From Minisyncoccota bacterium (GTDB taxonomy: Bacteria; Patescibacteriota; Minisyncoccia; Phycocordibacterales; Phycocordibacteraceae), in assembly GCA_036405415.1 (NCBI GenBank), contig DASWXP010000002.1, positions 272,351 to 336,350 on the forward strand: a DNA stretch of 64,000 bases, read 5' to 3'. A model generated the notes under the pieces. That model was not told the origin of the DNA. It saw nothing but the letters and a program-made list of their open reading frames with translations, and made no database searches. The position numbers and the translations under genes are program-made. Position 1 is the first letter of the stretch. Every line of letters starts with the position of its first letter. This document shows, one piece after another, positions 37,201-45,543 of this stretch.

Positions 37201-37428
37201 CTTCATGAATGCTCCATGCGGTATCTGCGAAGATGCACGAGTAGCAAGTAACCCTGACATTTCGTATGGCTGATGCAGATGAGCTTGAGCGTGACGCGGA
37301 TCGCGAAGAGGAACGGGCCGGCGCGCACACCGAGAGCGCGGAACTCCTTCGCAGGCAGGCTGAGGAGCAGCGCGAGGACGAGAGGCGCGAAGAGGAAGCG
37401 CACGAAGATTAAATATAAAAAGATGTGA

Positions 37429-37455
37429 GCCCGACCGGAATCCGGTCGGGCTCAT
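37429..37455. terminator. Hairpin GAGCCCGACCGG-AAT-CCGGTCGGGCTC
   Basis: Perfect 12 bp stem between convergent msrB and the gcrA-like gene. Confidence 0.55.
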
Positions 37456-37462
37456 CTTGGTC

Positions 37463-37981
37463 TCAGACGTATCGCATCGCCGAGTGCTCGAGACTCTTCG
37501 CAGCGGAGCGGACCAGCGGCTGGAATGCCACTCTCCCATGCTCGATGCAGTAGGGTCCGTGGTCCGATTTCCGTCCGCAGAACGAGAAATCGCTGCTTGC
37601 CGGATCGCCGATAGGCCACCTGCACATATGCTTGCTCAACGTGCCGAGCACAGCGGTGCCAGACAGGTCCGGAAGCACGGGCTCATCCTCGACTCTCGGC
37701 GCAGGATCAGAAGAGGTCGCAGGCGGTCGAGTGGCCGCTTTCTGAGCAGGCCGATTCTGTGTGCTTTTTTTCACGCGCGACCTTCCATCACTGAAGGTTG
37801 TGCGAGCCGGCTGTGACGGAGTAGCGCGCCCGGAAAGCCCGAGGCGATGCACTTTTCCGATAACGGCGTTACGCGTTATGCCTGCGCCGAGCTGCCTGGA
37901 GATCTCAGTCGCAGACTGGCCCTCAAGCCAGAGCTTCTTCAAAGTCGAGACACGATCCTGGGTCCAGCCATCGTTTACCAT
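37463..37981 (-). CDS. GcrA-family cell-cycle regulator-like protein
   Basis: N-terminus W..DRVSTLKKLWLEGQSATEISRQLGAGITRNAVIGKVHRLGLSGRA and C-terminus CRWPIGDP...FCG...PYC.EH closely match alphaproteobacterial GcrA. Confidence 0.8.
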   Translation of the reverse strand: MVNDGWTQDRVSTLKKLWLEGQSATEISRQLGAGITRNAVIGKVHRLGLSGRATPSQPARTTFSDGRSRVKKSTQNRPAQKAATRPPATSSDPAPRVEDEPVLPDLSGTAVLGTLSKHMCRWPIGDPASSDFSFCGRKSDHGPYCIEHGRVAFQPLVRSAAKSLEHSAMRYV

Positions 37982-38057
37982 ATCAATGTCCTCCTTCGGG
38001 CGTGGTGCCCATCCTAATGGCTAGTATAGATGCAACCTCAACCTTAAGGCCAGGGTT

Positions 38058-38387
38058 CTAGAGAGTAGAGGGAAAGGACCTTGAAAGATGATATTGGCAG
38101 GGTGCCCGGCACCCTTCCCCGTTCGTGCGTATTATCCGTTCACGCATTCGCCTATGGCATTTACGAAAGCCATCGGACTCGGGGTCGCCATACTCGTCCT
38201 CAAGCTCCTCCTCCCTGGAGTTCTCACCGAAATAGAACGTACGGCCGTAGCATTCCTCAAGGGAGCTACCACTTCCGCAGAAGTCGCGACGCAGCTTGCC
38301 GCAAGCGCAGGCAGCATACAGATCTCGAACGAACCGTTTGAGCTCCCGCGCGCTCCTGAAGCGAAGTACCCGTACTAATTGATGCAA
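38058..38387 (-). CDS. Hypothetical small Cys-containing acidic protein (109 aa)
   Basis: Minus-strand frame shows host-like GC3 codon bias and an acidic tract (EEELEDEYGDPESDG). Preferred over the overlapping plus-strand ORF. Confidence 0.4.
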   Translation of the reverse strand: MHQLVRVLRFRSARELKRFVRDLYAACACGKLRRDFCGSGSSLEECYGRTFYFGENSREEELEDEYGDPESDGFRKCHRRMRERIIRTNGEGCRAPCQYHLSRSFPSTL

Positions 38388-38435
38388 GCCGGATCCTGGG
38401 GTCCGGCTTTGTTGTTTTCTGCTGGAAGATTAGGT

Positions 38436-38846
38436 TTAAAACCGATTCGTCTCCTCCCCTTCCCGCTCGTTGATGCTGTGCTCGTCCAGTCCGAAGTAGT
38501 GACCAACCTCGTGCCATATCGTCTCGCGCACTACGATCCGAACCGCATCCCGGAACGCGCGATCCATTTCGCTAGCCTCTTCAAGTATCGGCAGCCGGTA
38601 TAGCGTTATGGTGTCAGGAAGCGTCACGCCGTTCCCGTACTCGCTCCCGCGCTCCGTGAGCGGGATGCCGCGATAGAGTCCGAGCAGGCTCTCGCCCTCC
38701 TCAAGACCCTCGAGCTTCCGGATCTCGTCATCGACATCGTCCTCGATAAGGAGCGCGACGTTCTTCACGCGCTCCCGGAAGCGCTCCGGTATGCGCACCC
38801 ACTCTCCTTCGGCGATCTGCTCGAACTCTGCTTCGCTCATCTCCAT
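38436..38846 (-). CDS. Zincin-like metallopeptidase family protein
   Basis: HEVGHYFG (HExxH) near the C-terminus and a DUF1025-like layout. The ORF-track start at 38876 is TTG, so a downstream ATG is used. Confidence 0.65.
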   Translation of the reverse strand: MEMSEAEFEQIAEGEWVRIPERFRERVKNVALLIEDDVDDEIRKLEGLEEGESLLGLYRGIPLTERGSEYGNGVTLPDTITLYRLPILEEASEMDRAFRDAVRIVVRETIWHEVGHYFGLDEHSINEREGEETNRF

Positions 38847-38848
38847 AC

Positions 38849-39355
38849 CTAGAGCTTCCTGCTGTCGTATGCCCAATGGAGGAGCGCCTGCCTCTGGCGC
38901 GGCCTGCAGGTGTGGTCACCCTTACGGCATCCGTACTTCACCTGCGCTACGTGCCGCACCATCTGCTTCCAGCGCTTAATCTGGCGCTTGTCCTCCTCCA
39001 GGATGCGCCGGCCGCTATAGTATCGGCAGTACCACTGAAACCAGCCGCGCGGATCTTCCTCGTATATCCATCCCTTCGCGCGCCATACCGAGAGAGGCTG
39101 CGACGCGTTCACGCCGAAGTAGTTGAGTTCCTTCACATGCCGCTCGTGGCAGAGCGGAACCCCGTCGTACCAGTCCGGAAACTCGTCCTTACAGTCGGTC
39201 ATGTACTTGCCGCCGAACGCGCCGAGCTTCAATACCTCGTACGGAGTGAGGTCCGGCGTGAACTCAGGGTCGAAGTTCTTCCCTTCCGGTTCGGTGCGGA
39301 CATAGCTATACCCCTGCTGCATGAGGTCGTTCACGACCACTCTCTTTCCCGTCAT
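38849..39355 (-). CDS. Hypothetical conserved Cys/His-rich protein (168 aa)
   Basis: Motifs GWFQWYCRYYSGRR and C..C.H..H. The ATG is 6 nt after TGGTACTAT. No family assigned with confidence. Confidence 0.55.
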   Translation of the reverse strand: MTGKRVVVNDLMQQGYSYVRTEPEGKNFDPEFTPDLTPYEVLKLGAFGGKYMTDCKDEFPDWYDGVPLCHERHVKELNYFGVNASQPLSVWRAKGWIYEEDPRGWFQWYCRYYSGRRILEEDKRQIKRWKQMVRHVAQVKYGCRKGDHTCRPRQRQALLHWAYDSRKL

Positions 39356-39417
39356 GTCCCTATAGTACCAAAGCCGCTCCTTAAGGGAGCGGCTTTGGTC
39401 TCAACCGGTGCGAAGAG

Positions 39418-40107
39418 CTACTTGCCGAGCTCTGCCTCGATGAGTGCCTGCACGTTCGCGAACGGCTGCGCTCCTGCGAGAAGCGAGGTGCCGATGATGG
39501 TGCCCGGGGTACCGGTGATGCCGAAGGCCTGACCCTCTGCACGGCTTGCATCGATGATCTCCTGGTACTCGCTTGCCTTATCAGTGCGGAGCTTCTCTAT
39601 GCGCGCGGTATCAAGGCCGAGGCGCTGCGAGAGCGCGTCCATGCCCGCTACGTCGAGCGTACTCTCCTCATCGCCCTCGAACATGCCTGCGAACCACTCG
39701 TCCCAGCGGTCCGGGTACGCCTCCCATACGGCATGCGAGTAGAGAGCTGCATCGTTCGATGCGACACCGAGGAACTGGAAGTCCTTGTAGACGATCTTCA
39801 CGCGGTCGCCATAGGTGTCGATGACCTGCTTCAAGGTCGTCGTCTCGAACTGCTTGCAGAAATGGCACTGGTAATCGAACCAGACCACGACTACCGCCTT
39901 GGCGTTCTTGTCGCCTACGTACGGAGCATCATCGAGATTAACGTCCTTGATATCTACCGCGACAGGCTCAGCCGGCTGGCCAGCGCGGTCGCCGCCCTGG
40001 CCGAACGCGAATGCGCCGCCGATGATGAGCGCGCCTACGAGCACTGCGAGCGCGGTGCCGTACTTCTCGAAGAAGGCGCCTGTGCCAGCATTTTCCTTGG
40101 TTTCCAT
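39418..40107 (-). CDS. DsbA-like thiol:disulfide oxidoreductase (thioredoxin fold, CHFC)
   Basis: N-terminal TM anchor, Gly-rich linker and WFDYQCHFCKQF active site. Confidence 0.8.
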   Translation of the reverse strand: METKENAGTGAFFEKYGTALAVLVGALIIGGAFAFGQGGDRAGQPAEPVAVDIKDVNLDDAPYVGDKNAKAVVVVWFDYQCHFCKQFETTTLKQVIDTYGDRVKIVYKDFQFLGVASNDAALYSHAVWEAYPDRWDEWFAGMFEGDEESTLDVAGMDALSQRLGLDTARIEKLRTDKASEYQEIIDASRAEGQAFGITGTPGTIIGTSLLAGAQPFANVQALIEAELGK

Positions 40108-40149
40108 AAGATAAGTATCTGCCCTTAATGCTATGCCCCTAAGTATACC

Positions 40150-40180
40150 AAAACCCCGGGACAGGCTGTCCCGGGGTTTT
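40150..40180. terminator. Hairpin AAAACCCCGGGACAGG-CTGTCCCGGGGTTTT
   Basis: CCCGGG-family hairpin terminating the helicase gene. The TGGTATACT box of the dsbA-like gene abuts it. Confidence 0.55.
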
Positions 40181-40192
40181 GGCTCCTTAGTA

Positions 40193-41593
40193 TTAGTTAG
40201 GGATGAAGGTGAGGGCCTGGCCCGCCTTCCCCGCGCGGCCGGTGCGGCCGATGCGGTGGGTGTAATCCTCGTACGTAGACGGGAGATCGTAGTTGATCAC
40301 GTGCGACACGCCCGAGATGTCGAGGCCGCGCGCCGCGACGTCGGTCGCGACCAGCACGTTCACCTCGTTCTTCTTGAAGCCGATGAGGGCCTTCTGGCGC
40401 GCGCCATGGGTCTTGTTGCCGTGGATGGACTCGGCCTTCACGCCTGCGCGACGGAGATCCTTCGCGAGACGCTCCACGCCGTGCTTGGTGCGGCCGAACA
40501 CGAGCGTCTTCTCGAAGTGCGGCTGCTTCAGGAGCTCGACGAGCTTGTCGAACTTCTCGTGATGCCCTACCGGGACCACGTCCTGGTCAATGGTGTGCGA
40601 AGTCTCGCGAGTCTTGACTGACACATGCACCGGGTCGTTGAGGAAGTCTCCGATCAGGCGCTGGATGTCCTTAGACATGGTCGCCGAGAAGAAGAGCGTG
40701 TGACGCTCCGCGCGCATCTTGCCCATGATGAAGCGCATGTCCTCGATGAAGCCCATGTCGAGCATGCGGTCCGCCTCGTCCAGCACCACGGTGCCGAACG
40801 CAGAGAGATCGAGCTCTCCACGCTCCATGAGGTCCTTGAGGCGTCCTGGCGTTCCGATGACGAAGGCTGGGTTCCTGCGGAGCACGCGGATCTGCGGCAC
40901 GATGTTCGCGCCGCCCACGCAGGTCACGCTCGTGACGTTGAGACGCTTCGCGAATCCGAAGAACTCCTCCTCGATCTGTATAGCGAGCTCGCGGGTCGGG
41001 ACCATGACGAGCACGCGCTCCTCCTGGCCGAGCGCGCGGAACTTCAATACCTTGTCGATGAGCGGGATGAGGAAGGACGCGGTCTTTCCGGTACCGGTGT
41101 TCGCGATGCCTACGACATCCTTCCCGAGAAGCACGTGCGGGATCGACTGGTCCTGGATAGGGGTCGGGATGCTGTATCCCTTCGCGCGGATGTTCTCCTT
41201 GAGACGCTCATCCACGGCGAAGCCGTCGAACGCGTGCTGCGGTACGTACTCCTCAGGCTTCTCTTCAGGCTTCGCCTTGTTGATGAGCTTCGAGAGGTCT
41301 ACCGGCATCTCCTGGTAGTTACGGCCGCCAGAGCGTCCGCCGCCGCGAGAACCGCGCTCAGGGCGCTGGCCGCGTGCGGAAGGCGCGCCACCCTTGCGAG
41401 AGCCGCCAGAGCGAGCACGGGAGCGCTTCGGCTCGACCGCAGCCGTAGCCGGGCGCTTCCATCCGTTATCGAGCGCGAACTTCATGCCTGCTTCGAATGC
41501 AGGACTTACAGGCGCAGGACGCCCACCGCGACCGCGGCTCATAGGTGCGCCGCCGCGATTGCCGCGGGAGCGCGAATTCTTTTTCTGATCCAT
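40193..41593 (-). CDS. DEAD-box ATP-dependent RNA helicase with Arg/Gly-rich N-terminal extension
   Basis: Q-motif, AxTGTGKT, DEAD, SAT and HRIGRTGR motifs. The N-terminal roughly 100 aa is RG-rich (SRGNRGGAPMSRGRGGRP, RGGGRSGGRNY). About 200 nt leader. Confidence 0.9.
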   Translation of the reverse strand: MDQKKNSRSRGNRGGAPMSRGRGGRPAPVSPAFEAGMKFALDNGWKRPATAAVEPKRSRARSGGSRKGGAPSARGQRPERGSRGGGRSGGRNYQEMPVDLSKLINKAKPEEKPEEYVPQHAFDGFAVDERLKENIRAKGYSIPTPIQDQSIPHVLLGKDVVGIANTGTGKTASFLIPLIDKVLKFRALGQEERVLVMVPTRELAIQIEEEFFGFAKRLNVTSVTCVGGANIVPQIRVLRRNPAFVIGTPGRLKDLMERGELDLSAFGTVVLDEADRMLDMGFIEDMRFIMGKMRAERHTLFFSATMSKDIQRLIGDFLNDPVHVSVKTRETSHTIDQDVVPVGHHEKFDKLVELLKQPHFEKTLVFGRTKHGVERLAKDLRRAGVKAESIHGNKTHGARQKALIGFKKNEVNVLVATDVAARGLDISGVSHVINYDLPSTYEDYTHRIGRTGRAGKAGQALTFIPN

Positions 41594-41805
41594 TTTGTAT
41601 GTTTCTCTAGATGCGCAGCGTGCTGCGCGATCCTCGCATAAAAGAGCCCGAGGATATTGGCTCAAACGTTCTCGAGCGTGTTAGAGGAGGCGCGATTCGC
41701 GCTCTTCCTTCGTCCTGAAACTACGCTTCAAGACGACGTACGTGGAGAAACCGTTGTGGCTGCAATATACCAGAATCTGGAGAATAGCGCAATGCAGAAG
41801 TGTAG

Positions 41806-41832
41806 AAAGGCCCGGCATGCACCGGGCCTTTC
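41806..41832. terminator. Hairpin GAAAGGCCCGG-CATGCA-CCGGGCCTTTC
   Basis: Perfect stem downstream of the small minus-strand membrane-protein gene. Confidence 0.5.
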
Positions 41833-41861
41833 AGAACATATCGGAAGCTTCCTATAAGTAG

Positions 41862-42014
41862 CTACGCTATAGGATTCTTGCCTTGGATAAGGCGGACGAG
41901 CACGACGATGATGGCGATGACGAGGAGAAGATGCAGGAAGCCGCCAAGCGTGTATGAGGATACGACGCCCACGAGCCAGAGGATGAGGAGTATCGCCGCG
42001 ATAGTGTAGAGCAT
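41862..42014 (-). CDS. Small membrane protein (50 aa), DUF1328-like
   Basis: MLYTIAAILLILWLVGVVSSYTLGGFLHLLLVIAIIVVLVRLIQGKNPIA, with the ATG at 42014. The longer ORF-track version is an N-extension. Confidence 0.5.
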   Translation of the reverse strand: MLYTIAAILLILWLVGVVSSYTLGGFLHLLLVIAIIVVLVRLIQGKNPIA

Positions 42015-42102
42015 GTGCAAAGGATTAGCGTGTAACGGTATCCACCGTACACTTCCCTGTCTGGAGCTTGCATGAAGAAAGCCGCGATGCCGCGGCTTTC
42101 TT

Positions 42103-43890
42103 CTAGGACCTGCGCGCCTTCGCGCGATCGCTCTCGGTGAGCTGCTGCTTTCGCAAGCGTACCGATTCCGGCGTGATCTCGAGGTACTCGTCCTCTGCCA
42201 TGACTTCGAGACCGCGCTCGATGGTGAGCTCGTACGGCGGGAAGAGCGTGATCGCCTCGTCGTTGCCCGACGAGCGAACGTTCGTGAGGTTCTTGCCCTT
42301 GGTCGGGTTCGCAACCATCTCCTCGCCCTTGGAGGTGTTTCCGATGACCATACCTTCGTACACCTCGGTCGCCGGCGTGATGTAGAGCGTGCCGCGATCC
42401 TGGAGGCCCCAGAGCGCGTACCCGAGCGCCTTGCCGGTCGCCATGGAGATCATGGAACCTACCTGGCGCTTCTTGATCTCGCCTGCGTACGGCTTGAAGC
42501 CGATCACGCGCGAGGAGAGGATGCCTTCGCCCTTCGTGTCGATGATGAACTGGTTGCGGTAGCCGAGGAGGCCGCGGGTCGGACCCTCGAACGTGAGGCG
42601 CACGGTGTCGCCGTCCTGCACGAGGTTCTGCATGACGAATGCGCGGGTGCCGAGGCGCTCGATGATGGCGCCCTGGTACTCGGTCGGGGTGTCGATGATC
42701 ACCTCCTCGAACGGCTCCTGCTTCACGCCGTCCTCCTCGCGGATGATTACCTGCGGCTGAGAGACCTGCATCTCGTAGCCGGCGCGGCGCATGTTCTCAA
42801 GGAGGATCGCGATATGGAGCTCGCCGCGTCCGGAGACCTTGAACGCGTCCGGGGATACGAAGTCCACCTTGAGGCCCACATTCACCTCGAGCTCGCGCTC
42901 AAGGTATTCGCGGAGCTGGCGGCTGGTCACGTACTTCCCTTCGCGACCTGCGAACGGCGAGTTGTTCACGAGGAAGTTGACGGTGATGGTCGGCTCGTCG
43001 ATAGAAATTGCCGGCATCGCCTCAACCGACGCGTCGGTTGTGATGGTCTCGCCGATGAAGGCATCCTCGATGCCAGCGACGATCACGATGTCACCTGCGA
43101 CCGCTTCCGGCACGTCCACGCGCTCAAGACCCTTGAAGGTGAACACCTTCGTGAGCTTCGCGTTGCGACTGGTGCCGTCCGCCTTCTTCACGATGACGTT
43201 CTGCCCTGCCTTCACCACGCCCTCGTACACGCGGCCGATCGCGAGACGTCCGAGGAAGTTGTCGTACGCGAGGTTGAAGGTCTGGAGCTTGAGCGGCTTC
43301 GATGCGGACTCGTCGCTCGAAGTCGGCGGCACCTGCTCGAGCACGACATCCAGGAGGGGCGTGAGGTCCTTGCGCTCATCGTCGAGCGTGCGCATCGCGA
43401 CGCCCTCGCGGCCGATAGCGTACACCGTCGTGAAATCAGACTGCTCGTCTGAGGCGCCGAGCTCGAGGAAGAGCTCGAGCACCTGCTCCTCAGCACGTGC
43501 CGGATCTGCCGCCGGCTTGTCGATCTTGTTGAGCACTACGATCGGCTTCAATCCGAGCTCCAAGGACTTCTTGAGCACGAAGCGCGTCTGCGGCATCGGG
43601 CCTTCCTGCGCGTCCACAATAAGGAGCACGGAATCGATGGAACGGAGCACGCGCTCCACTTCCGAACCGAAGTCGGAGTGGCCCGGGGTATCCACGATGT
43701 TGATCTTGGTTCCCTTGTACTCGATGGAGGTGTTCTTCGAGTAGATGGTGATGCCGCGCTCGTGCTCGAGCGCGTTCGAGTCCATGGATACGCCTTCAGG
43801 AGCAGCTCCGGTGAGCTTCATGATGGCGTCGGTGAGTGTGGTCTTGCCGTGGTCCACGTGCGCGATGATGGCGATGTTTCGAATTTCCAT
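42103..43890 (-). CDS. typA: Translational GTPase TypA/BipA
   Basis: MEIRNIAIIAHVDHGKTTL G1 motif and a TypA domain architecture of 595 aa. Confidence 0.9.
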   Translation of the reverse strand: MEIRNIAIIAHVDHGKTTLTDAIMKLTGAAPEGVSMDSNALEHERGITIYSKNTSIEYKGTKINIVDTPGHSDFGSEVERVLRSIDSVLLIVDAQEGPMPQTRFVLKKSLELGLKPIVVLNKIDKPAADPARAEEQVLELFLELGASDEQSDFTTVYAIGREGVAMRTLDDERKDLTPLLDVVLEQVPPTSSDESASKPLKLQTFNLAYDNFLGRLAIGRVYEGVVKAGQNVIVKKADGTSRNAKLTKVFTFKGLERVDVPEAVAGDIVIVAGIEDAFIGETITTDASVEAMPAISIDEPTITVNFLVNNSPFAGREGKYVTSRQLREYLERELEVNVGLKVDFVSPDAFKVSGRGELHIAILLENMRRAGYEMQVSQPQVIIREEDGVKQEPFEEVIIDTPTEYQGAIIERLGTRAFVMQNLVQDGDTVRLTFEGPTRGLLGYRNQFIIDTKGEGILSSRVIGFKPYAGEIKKRQVGSMISMATGKALGYALWGLQDRGTLYITPATEVYEGMVIGNTSKGEEMVANPTKGKNLTNVRSSGNDEAITLFPPYELTIERGLEVMAEDEYLEITPESVRLRKQQLTESDRAKARRS

Positions 43891-43943
43891 GGTCGGTAAA
43901 ATAAAAATGCCCCGAGGGCGATAAAGACAGCCTTAAAATACCT

Positions 43944-44294
43944 TTATATAGGTGATGCGTCAATTACGTATTGCTCGGGCGTCCATGCGGGCGTGCATGC
44001 TATCACGAGCGTAAGTTCGCCCTCCCAGAACACCGCCTCTCCCTTCTCTATCGTAACCACGTCTCCTTGCGAAAGCTTGCTTTCGATACCGTTTACCGAA
44101 ACGACGCCGCTGCCCTCAGTTACGTACACGAGCTCCCGAACCGCTTTATTTATCGCATTCCCCTCAACCGGATATCGTCCTCGTATCTCAATCCGTGCGA
44201 CGTTGATATCGCTTCCTCCGGTCTCGTACTCGAACGCCGTGCAGGTGCCCGCGTTCTCAAACCTTCCTGCTTCGTTCTTCCGGATTATCTTCAT
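43944..44294 (-). CDS. Cupin domain protein
   Basis: 116 aa with a small beta-barrel pattern. Overlaps the def stop by 4 nt, suggesting an operon. Confidence 0.65.
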   Translation of the reverse strand: MKIIRKNEAGRFENAGTCTAFEYETGGSDINVARIEIRGRYPVEGNAINKAVRELVYVTEGSGVVSVNGIESKLSQGDVVTIEKGEAVFWEGELTLVIACTPAWTPEQYVIDASPI

Positions 44295-44827
44295 GCCTTT
44301 TCCTTTAGAAGCTTTCTGAGCTCCTTCTGCGTTACCAAGGTCTTAATGTCCGTCATGCGGTCGACATACACAACACCGTCTAGGTGATCAAGCTCGTGCT
44401 GGAAGATGCGTGCCCAGAACCCCGAGAGCTTCTCGCGTATCTTCTCGCCGTTCTCATTCACGTATTCAACCTGGATCCATTTGGCGCGAGGCACGCGGCC
44501 GAACGGCCCCCTGAAGCTGAGACATCCTTCCCAGTCCGTAACGCTCAAAGGTGAGCGTTCAAGGATTCTGGGATTGATGATGGTGAGCGGACCCATACGC
44601 TCCGTTTCAGGTCTTCTCTTTATAGGCCGCATCTCCATAACTGCTACCCGCAGAGGCCTCCCTACCTGCGGTGCGGCGATACCCACGCCGCCCGTACGAC
44701 GCATGGTGTAGATCATCTGCTTGATGAGACTCTGGAACTCTGCCGAGCGAATCGTTCCAAGCGGCACATTCTTGGTCCTGGTCCTCAGGATAGGGTTCCC
44801 GAACTCGGTACGCGGGAGCACTTTCAT
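44291..44827 (-). CDS. def: Peptide deformylase
   Basis: GVGIAAPQVG, GCLSFRG and HELDHLDG motifs. The ATG is 6 nt after TGGTATACT. Confidence 0.9.
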   Translation of the reverse strand: MKVLPRTEFGNPILRTRTKNVPLGTIRSAEFQSLIKQMIYTMRRTGGVGIAAPQVGRPLRVAVMEMRPIKRRPETERMGPLTIINPRILERSPLSVTDWEGCLSFRGPFGRVPRAKWIQVEYVNENGEKIREKLSGFWARIFQHELDHLDGVVYVDRMTDIKTLVTQKELRKLLKEKA

Positions 44828-44913
44828 GCGGAAAGTATACCAGCGTTAAATTAATAATTGACTCGATGTATCTAAGGCATTAGGCTTTAGCCGGATCAAA
44901 AAGGAGTAATGCG

Positions 44914-45507
44914 ATGTCAGAGGAATATGCCTATAAGGGCGATCCTCTGGGATCGCCAAAAAGATACTGCCGTGTTTGTGGAAAGACTCTTTCTGCATAC
45001 AACAGGAACAAGCAATGCTTTCATCATGCCGTCGACGAGACGGTTCGTCAGGAGCGGAAAATCACAACATCAGTAGCTATCCTTCCGGTTGTGCGCACTG
45101 CCGTTCGTTCAGGGCCGCCGAAGGTGAAACGTATCGTTCCAAAACCTGCAGTTCAGCAGGCGGCGCGACAAACGGCAGTGACGAGCGCGAGTGCACTTGA
45201 GCTTCCGAAGCGGAGATTCCCGTCTCAGAAAGCGATCGCCAGCGTTGTGTGTACCTGGTTTGGCGTTGAATTCGAAGATGTGGTTCGCGAGGATAAGCAC
45301 GCACGAATCTCGCACATACGAAACATCCTCATGTATCTCCTGTATAAGGACTCAGCGGGTTCGTATCAATCTGTCGTGGAATTCCTGAATCGGAAAAACC
45401 ACACAACCGCAGTAGCTGCGGTTAAAAAGATCGAGACCCTGTGTTCTTATGACAGACGGCTCCGCTGCGAACTGTGGCTTATGCGGAGGAAATACAGAAT
45501 CAAATAG
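44914..45507 (+). CDS. Standalone DnaA domain-IV (Bac_DnaA_C) HTH protein with N-terminal zinc ribbon
   Basis: C-terminus (ARISHIRNILMYLLYKD...SYQSVVEFLNRKNHTTAVAAVKKIE) matches the DnaA DNA-binding domain. N-terminal CRVCGK...CFHH. About 50% GC, with an SD AAGGAG. Confidence 0.65.
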   Translation: MSEEYAYKGDPLGSPKRYCRVCGKTLSAYNRNKQCFHHAVDETVRQERKITTSVAILPVVRTAVRSGPPKVKRIVPKPAVQQAARQTAVTSASALELPKRRFPSQKAIASVVCTWFGVEFEDVVREDKHARISHIRNILMYLLYKDSAGSYQSVVEFLNRKNHTTAVAAVKKIETLCSYDRRLRCELWLMRRKYRIK

Positions 45508-45533
45508 CCGGTAATCTTCGGATTGCCGGCTAT
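45505..45533. terminator. Bidirectional hairpin ATAGCCGGTAATC-TTCG-GATTGCCGGCTAT
   Basis: 13 bp stem with 1 mismatch between convergent genes. Confidence 0.5.
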
Positions 45534-45543
45534 TGCTACTTTA

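Noticed and set aside
38088-38378. Plus-strand 96 aa ORF overlapping the small Cys-rich minus-strand gene
   Set aside because: The minus-strand frame shows the host GC3 bias and a coherent acidic tract. The plus-strand frame is mostly Ala/Leu filler.
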